Shown one piece after another: positions 58,463 to 64,000 of a stretch of 64,000 nt of DNA. The notes beneath the pieces are model-generated. The model made no database searches. It was not told the DNA's origin and was given only the letters and a program-made list of their open reading frames with translations. Made by a program: the position numbers and the translations under genes. Source of the stretch: Patescibacteria group bacterium (GTDB lineage Bacteria; Patescibacteriota; Microgenomatia; UBA12405); contig WARW01000022.1 of assembly GCA_013387215.1 (NCBI GenBank), positions 169,897-233,896 on the forward strand, written 5' to 3'. Positions within the stretch are counted from its first letter, which is position 1, and each line of letters opens with the position of its first letter.

Positions 58463-60574
58463 TTATTTTGCAGCGACACCAGTCTTGATGGTCAAAGCTT
58501 CTTGAACATCTCTTGGAACCGGATCATAGTGTGATGGTTCCATGTAGAATGAACCTCGACCTTGAGTCAAAGATCGGATAACTGTGGCGTAACCACGGAT
58601 AGCTTCCAAAGGAATGAAGGCGTTAATGGTGGTAAAGTTGCCTGATTCAGTTGTACCGTTGATTTGGCCACGGCGAGATGAAAGATCTCCGATAACAGTA
58701 CCCAAGAATTCAGATGGGGTGCTAACTTCGAACTTCATAATAGGTTCAAGTATTTGAGGTTTAGCTTTAGTAAATGCATCTTTAATTGCATATGCACCAG
58801 CTAGTTTGAATGCCATTTCAGAAGAATCGACTTCGTGGTAGGTACCGTCGTAAACAGTAACTTTAATATCGGTAGCTGGATAGCCAGCAATAATACCTTT
58901 AAGCAATGTTTCTCGGACACCTTTTTCAATAGCAGGAATGAAGTTGGCAGGAATTGCACCACCTTTAACAGCGTTGACAAATTCAACACCTTCTCCCCTA
59001 TTTTTAGGTTCGATTTTAATTTTACAATGACCGTATTGACCGTGACCGCCAGATTGATGAATATATTTACCTTCACCGTCTGCAGGAGCAGAAATAGCTT
59101 CTCGATAAGCAACTTGAGGAGCACCGGTTTTGACGCCAACTCCGAATTCTCTTTTTAAACGATCAACGATAATTTCCAAATAAAGTTCACCCATACCGGC
59201 GATAATGGTTTGGCCAGTTTCGTGATTGTAGGAAACTCTAAAGGTAGGATCTTCAATTGAAAGTCTGTTTAAAGCAGCACCCATTTTTTCTTGATCGTCA
59301 GAAGTGGCTGGTTCGATTGAAAGGGAAATAACTGGTTCAGAGAATTGAATTGGAGATAATGAAATTGGGTTGTTTGCATCGCAAAGAGTGTCACCAGTAG
59401 TAGATTCTTTTAAACCAATACAGGCAACGATTTCTCCAGCGAAACCTTCTTCAATACCTTCTCTTTTATCAGCATGCATCAATAGCAAACGTCCGATTCT
59501 TTCGCTCTTTTTCTTGGTGGTGTTGTAGACTTCAGTACCTGCTTTTAAGGTGCCTGAGTAAACACGAACATAAGAAAGAGTACCAACGTGGGCATCTGAT
59601 TGAACTTTAAAAAGAAGAGCAGAAAGAGGTTCAGTCTTTTCTGGTTTTCTGGTTAAAATGTCATTAGTTTCAGGATCATAACCTTCGACTGGAGGTAAAT
59701 CCAAAGGAGAAGGTAAATAATCAACGATACCATCGAGAATTGGATGGATACCTTTGTTTCTCCAAGCAGCACCGCAGTAAACTGGGAATAATTTTCGAGC
59801 AATAGTAGCTTTTCTTAAAGCTGCTTTTAATTCTGGAACAGAAATTTCTTCATCATTTAAGAATTTTTCCATTAAAACTTCGTCTTCACCAGCGATTTTT
59901 TCAATCATTTCTGCACGAGCTTTGAGAGCGGCATCTTTATATTCATCAGTGACATCTTTAGTGGTAAATTCCATACCTTCAACGTCCTTATCGTAGACAA
60001 TCATTTTGAGAGTCATAAGATCGACGACACCAACGTGGTCGTGTTCTTCACCAACAGGAATAACGACTGGAACTATTGGAGCTCGTAATTTTTCATTAAT
60101 ACTTTGAAGAGTACCTTTGAAAGAAGCACCAATTTTATCCATTTTATTGACGAAAGCAATTCGAGGAACACCATATTTGTCGGCTTGTCTCCAAACAGTT
60201 TCAGATTGAGCTTGAACACCAGCGTTTCCGTCGAAAATCATGATAGCACCGTCTAATACACGCAAAGATCGTTCTACTTCAGCAGTAAAATCGACGTGTC
60301 CTGGAGTATCGATAATATTTAAACGGTAATCTTTCCAATAAGTAGTAATACAGGCAGATTGAATAGTAATACCTCTTTCTTTTTCCTGAACCATGGAATC
60401 GGTAGTAGTTGAACCTTCGTCAACTGAACCAATTTTGTGAATCTTTCCAGTATAGAAGAGAATTCTTTCAGTAGTAGTAGTTTTTCCACCGTCAATGTGG
60501 GCAATAATACCGATGTTTCGGACCTTTTCCATAGGTACTTCTCGGTTTTTAGTAAGTTTGATTTGTTCGGCCAT
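58463..60574 (-). CDS. fusA: Elongation factor G
   Basis: Start trimmed to MAEQIKL (ATG); AHIDGGKTT, DTPGHVDF, NKMD motifs. Confidence 0.95.
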   Translation of the reverse strand: MAEQIKLTKNREVPMEKVRNIGIIAHIDGGKTTTTERILFYTGKIHKIGSVDEGSTTTDSMVQEKERGITIQSACITTYWKDYRLNIIDTPGHVDFTAEVERSLRVLDGAIMIFDGNAGVQAQSETVWRQADKYGVPRIAFVNKMDKIGASFKGTLQSINEKLRAPIVPVVIPVGEEHDHVGVVDLMTLKMIVYDKDVEGMEFTTKDVTDEYKDAALKARAEMIEKIAGEDEVLMEKFLNDEEISVPELKAALRKATIARKLFPVYCGAAWRNKGIHPILDGIVDYLPSPLDLPPVEGYDPETNDILTRKPEKTEPLSALLFKVQSDAHVGTLSYVRVYSGTLKAGTEVYNTTKKKSERIGRLLLMHADKREGIEEGFAGEIVACIGLKESTTGDTLCDANNPISLSPIQFSEPVISLSIEPATSDDQEKMGAALNRLSIEDPTFRVSYNHETGQTIIAGMGELYLEIIVDRLKREFGVGVKTGAPQVAYREAISAPADGEGKYIHQSGGHGQYGHCKIKIEPKNRGEGVEFVNAVKGGAIPANFIPAIEKGVRETLLKGIIAGYPATDIKVTVYDGTYHEVDSSEMAFKLAGAYAIKDAFTKAKPQILEPIMKFEVSTPSEFLGTVIGDLSSRRGQINGTTESGNFTTINAFIPLEAIRGYATVIRSLTQGRGSFYMEPSHYDPVPRDVQEALTIKTGVAAK

Positions 60575-60673
60575 AAAATTAATTTGTAAGTAAAAAATAA
60601 CTGTTACCTGTAAAGTCGGCAACAGTGAACGGTTTTATGATACCATGAGGCTTAGTTATAATAAAGAACTATA

Positions 60674-61993
60674 ATGAATAGTATGCAGAATACAGAAATT
60701 GCAATTATTGGCGGAGGTTTAACAGGTTTGACGGCTGCATACCGATTGTCAAAAACAGGTGCTAAAGTTACTGTTTTTGAGAAAAGCAGTAATTTGGGAG
60801 GACTGGCTGGCGGTTTTCAAATCAATGGAACCAGTCTTGAAAAAGCTTATCATCACATTTTTAGAACTGATAAAGAAATTATAAACTTAACAAAAGAGCT
60901 AAAAATCGATAAAAAATTGAAATGGCACGAAAGCTCGATTGGTCTTTATTACAATAAAAAATTATATCCATTTGTTACGCCAGTTGAACTTTTGAAATTT
61001 GATCAATTGGGTCTGGTTGATAAATTCAGATTAGGCTTGGTGGCAGTTTATTTGCAAAAGTCTAAAAATTATAAAGATTTGATAAATATTCCAGCTGCTG
61101 ATTGGATGGAAAAATGGTGCGGGAAAAGAGCTTATAAGGTTATTTGGGAACCACTATTGAAAGGCAAATTTCATAATTATTATAAAAAAGTTTCCATGGC
61201 CTGGCTTTGGGCAAGAATTAATACCCGGGGAAATTCAAAAGAAAAAGGCGAACAAACCGAAAAACTAGGATATTTTGATGGCGGGTTTGAAATAATTTCT
61301 AAAGCGTTGGAAAAAGAAATCAAAAAACATGGCGGCAAAATTATTTTAAATAGCAATATTGAAAAAATTAAGGAAGATCGGAATGGAAAAGTGAAAATTA
61401 AAATTGAGGGAAAAGAAATGAGTTTTGACAAGGTTATAGCTTCTATACCAAGCCATGTTTTAGGAAAATTAATTGATGCAAAAAAATATAAAAAATATAT
61501 CGAAAAATTAAACAGTATAAATTATTTAGGAGCAATCACGGTGGTGTTTTCGTCTTTCCAAAGCCTGAGCAAATATTACTGGCATAATATAAATGATATA
61601 AAATCCCCTTTCCTGGCATTTTTGCAGCACACAAATTTGGTGGATAAATCCAATTATAAAAATGAAGAAGTATATTATTTGGGAACTTACCTTCCACATG
61701 AACACAAATATTTTAAAGCCAGTGAAGAAGAAATTTATAAAGATTTTTTTGATTATCTTAAAAATATATTCCCTGATTTTGATAGAAATAAAATTACTTC
61801 AAAGTATGTTTTCAAGCTGGCTAATGCTCAACACGTGGTGGACACAAAATATGTGAATAAAATTCCTGATTATGAAACGCCAATAAAAAATTTATATTTG
61901 GCCAATTTTTCCCAAATATTTCCAGAAGACCGCGGCACGAATTTTGCAGTGAGAGAGGGAAACAAAATATCAAAAATAATACAAAATCCATAA
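60674..61993 (+). CDS. FAD-dependent oxidoreductase (amine oxidase/phytoene desaturase-like)
   Basis: N-terminal Rossmann IAIIGGGLTGLTAAYRL...VFEKSSNLGG. Confidence 0.7.
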   Translation: MNSMQNTEIAIIGGGLTGLTAAYRLSKTGAKVTVFEKSSNLGGLAGGFQINGTSLEKAYHHIFRTDKEIINLTKELKIDKKLKWHESSIGLYYNKKLYPFVTPVELLKFDQLGLVDKFRLGLVAVYLQKSKNYKDLINIPAADWMEKWCGKRAYKVIWEPLLKGKFHNYYKKVSMAWLWARINTRGNSKEKGEQTEKLGYFDGGFEIISKALEKEIKKHGGKIILNSNIEKIKEDRNGKVKIKIEGKEMSFDKVIASIPSHVLGKLIDAKKYKKYIEKLNSINYLGAITVVFSSFQSLSKYYWHNINDIKSPFLAFLQHTNLVDKSNYKNEEVYYLGTYLPHEHKYFKASEEEIYKDFFDYLKNIFPDFDRNKITSKYVFKLANAQHVVDTKYVNKIPDYETPIKNLYLANFSQIFPEDRGTNFAVREGNKISKIIQNP

Positions 61994-61996
61994 AAC

Positions 61997-62025
61997 AGAA
62001 AAAAGAGGAGAAAGAAACTCCTCTT
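61997..62025 (-). terminator. Terminator hairpin AGAGGAG-AAAGAAA-CTCCTCT with U-tract on the minus strand
   Basis: Follows the 62024 gene stop; overlaps the end of the convergent oxidoreductase gene. Confidence 0.6.
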
Positions 62026-62422
62026 ATCTAAGATAAAGTCGTGAAGTGCAAAGATAAAGAGAAAAGTTTCTGACATTGTGACCTAGATTAAAGAAGGCAT
62101 CACGGACTTCATAGCTAAAAAAATTCCAATCGGTTTGATCGAGCTTCTCAAAAATAGAAGAAAAGTAGGCCATTTCGTTGAAACTGTATCTTTTCCCTTT
62201 GTCAGATAGATAATTGTCATAAATAATTTGAAAAGCTTTATCATCTGAAGTCTTTTTAAGTTGGTATTTAGATATTGGGGTTATTTTTAGTACTTTTGCT
62301 TTTAATGATCGGTCGTTTTTTATGTCAACTTTGAGTCCTACCAGTTTGGCGAGTTTTTTTAAACAAGATTCTGTTCGCCAAGTAATTATTTTAGCTTGGA
62401 TGTTTTGAAAGAAAATAAACAC
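62024..62422 (-). CDS. Hypothetical small protein, family WR.ES..L.KLAK..GL (paralog A)
   Basis: Probable GTG start 8 nt after AGAGAGG; homologous to the 63254 and 62632 genes. Confidence 0.45.
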   Translation of the reverse strand: MFIFFQNIQAKIITWRTESCLKKLAKLVGLKVDIKNDRSLKAKVLKITPISKYQLKKTSDDKAFQIIYDNYLSDKGKRYSFNEMAYFSSIFEKLDQTDWNFFSYEVRDAFFNLGHNVRNFSLYLCTSRLYLR

Positions 62423-62631
62423 AATAAACACCTCTCTTTCTGTTTTATGGATTTTTAAAGTCCAAAGATAAAAATCTAAAGCAAAATTAGATTTATCTGA
62501 ATACGGGAAAATTATACACCTTAAACTTAAGCAAGGTTTTATTTGAAAAATGTAAATCCATAAAATATAAAAAGATGTTAAAGAGGAGAAAAAATTCCCC
62601 TCTTAAAAAGTATTATTGTTTTTTAGCTGTC

Positions 62632-63060
62632 TTATTCGTTTTTTGATGAAGATAATTTGATTTTGGCTGCATGTGCTTCGAACTGAGAAAGATCATCTTC
62701 TAATGATTTAGCCTTCCAATAGTCCTGTCTGTCGATAAAAAACCGATTAAGGTTATGGAAAAACAACATTTCTTCATAATAAGTCAAACCTTTATCTGCC
62801 CCGATTGTAAAAAGATTCACGCCATCTTCTTTGACAATAGGAACGTGGAATAAATTTCCTGCCTCAAAAAAATCAAAAATTTCTTGTCTAACTGTCTGTT
62901 CTTTGGGGGAACAATTACATTTGTCCATTTCAAGACCATTAACAATAATTCTTGTTAAACCACGCGATCTTTTAACAGATACTTTTACACCGACATCTCC
63001 CATTACAAATTGCAAGCAGCCTTCCATGCAAAACCGTAGCCACCATTTTTTTAGAGTCAT
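62632..63060 (-). CDS. Hypothetical small protein, same family (paralog B)
   Basis: RBS AAAGGGG plus ATG; 142 aa. Confidence 0.5.
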   Translation of the reverse strand: MTLKKWWLRFCMEGCLQFVMGDVGVKVSVKRSRGLTRIIVNGLEMDKCNCSPKEQTVRQEIFDFFEAGNLFHVPIVKEDGVNLFTIGADKGLTYYEEMLFFHNLNRFFIDRQDYWKAKSLEDDLSQFEAHAAKIKLSSSKNE

Positions 63061-63253
63061 ACGAACACCCCTTTCTATATTTTATGGATTTCAAGGTACT
63101 TCAGTATTCAGAAGGAAAAGCTAAGCTATATAGAATAACCAGAATACTGGCCGATTATAACATACGCAAGCTAATAAACTGCTTAGGATTGTTGGAAAAA
63201 AAAATGAAAATCCATAAAACTCAAAAGAACCAAGAGGAGACTTAAGCCCCCTC

Positions 63254-63652
63254 TTATTTAAAAAACAGTTTTGTAGAGCAACCAACATCTTCAAGATAAT
63301 CGATCCATTTTTTTAACTTTTCAAAATGCTTTTTGCGTTTATGAGAAAAGTTCATGTGATCAATATAATCTTCAAGAATCTTATATACTTCTTCAAAATA
63401 TTTCAGTTCGTTTTGCGATAAACCACAAGATAATTGGTTTTCGTATTCATTATAGAGTTCTTTACCCTTAGCAACAAAGTTTTTAGGCAATAAGTCGTTT
63501 GTATATGGAACTATGGTGATGGTTCTATTCCCAGGGATATACCTAGAACTAAAATTAATTTCTAAACCTAGAGTTTTAGCCAAATTAATAAAATTTGATT
63601 CGGCGCGCCATAAATAAAAATCTCTCTTCATTTGTAAAACATAATCAATCAT
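63254..63652 (-). CDS. Hypothetical small protein, same family (paralog C)
   Basis: RBS GAAGGAG plus ATG; WRAESNFINLAKTLGLEI aligns with paralog A WRTESCLKKLAKLVGLKV. Confidence 0.5.
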   Translation of the reverse strand: MIDYVLQMKRDFYLWRAESNFINLAKTLGLEINFSSRYIPGNRTITIVPYTNDLLPKNFVAKGKELYNEYENQLSCGLSQNELKYFEEVYKILEDYIDHMNFSHKRKKHFEKLKKWIDYLEDVGCSTKLFFK

Positions 63653-63938
63653 TTATTTTCTCCTTCTTTCCGTTTGGATAAATATCAAAGCAAAGGCTGA
63701 TTGGGCACGCTTCTATGTTGCAACGTGAAGTCCATTTTTGGAAACAATCAAATAAAGGTCTTATCCGATGTGTTTCGGAAAAAAGATGCATATGTTGGCA
63801 AATTATATGGTAGATGTCTATAAAATAGATTACCTCGTTGAAGTTAGAGTTTTCTTGATATTGTCTATTTATATAGTCCAACCAAATCTCTGAGTGAATT
63901 TTTTTGATTTTATCAGGAAGTATAAATTTGTTTTTCAA
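63645..63938 (-). CDS. Hypothetical His/Cys-rich small protein
   Basis: 97 aa; HIICQHMH...H...C...C..EAC cluster; 8-nt overlap with the downstream paralog C gene. Confidence 0.35.
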   Translation of the reverse strand: MKNKFILPDKIKKIHSEIWLDYINRQYQENSNFNEVIYFIDIYHIICQHMHLFSETHRIRPLFDCFQKWTSRCNIEACPISLCFDIYPNGKKEKIND

Positions 63939-64000
63939 AGAAATAATTCTTATTTCTCTTAAATGTAAATCTGTTCCAGGTATAATCTCAACGTCCAGCT

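Noticed and set aside
1-64000. CRISPR arrays, transposases, integrases, prophage genes
   Set aside because: No regularly spaced direct repeats with unique spacers and no recognisable integrase, transposase or capsid motifs. The repeats present are cassette flanks and terminators.

Overview
This 64-kb window looks like a low-GC, compact bacterial chromosome segment, consistent with the Candidate Phyla Radiation (CPR)/Patescibacteria. Its core is a complete S10-spc-alpha ribosomal protein operon on the minus strand (40.5-56.3 kb): rpsJ, rplC/D/W/B, rpsS, rplV, rpsC, rplP, rpmC, rpsQ, rplN/X/E, rpsN, rpsH, rplF/R, rpsE, rplO, secY, adk, infA, rpmJ, rpsM/K/D, rpoA, rplQ/M, rpsI, followed by tuf. 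There is no room for L30 (rpmD) between rpsE and rplO. fusA lies upstream of tuf but is separated from it by about 2.2 kb. Housekeeping genes elsewhere include gltX, aspS, recJ, cca, secDF, miaA, ychF, purN, hup, rny, recA-recX, ppa and uppP. RNA genes are an RNase P RNA (rnpB) and a tRNA-Pro(GGG). The accessory content is more unusual. (1) Two tandem cassettes (10.3-11.8 kb) each comprise a promoter, a long 5' hairpin leader, a small signal-peptide paralog, an AU-rich terminator-like hairpin and a canonical type III hammerhead ribozyme; an RRM RNA-binding protein gene follows. (2) Two arrays of small paralogous genes flank fusA. Each gene has its own promoter and terminator. The flanks are near-identical while the coding sequences have diverged strongly, and the right-hand array carries gene-specific inverted repeats (IRs) bracketing each gene. 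(3) A terminator/antiterminator leader lies directly upstream of aspS. (4) A TasA/camelysin-SipW-TasA secretion cluster sits beside a lamin-tail-domain surface protein. No CRISPR array, integrase or transposase was seen.
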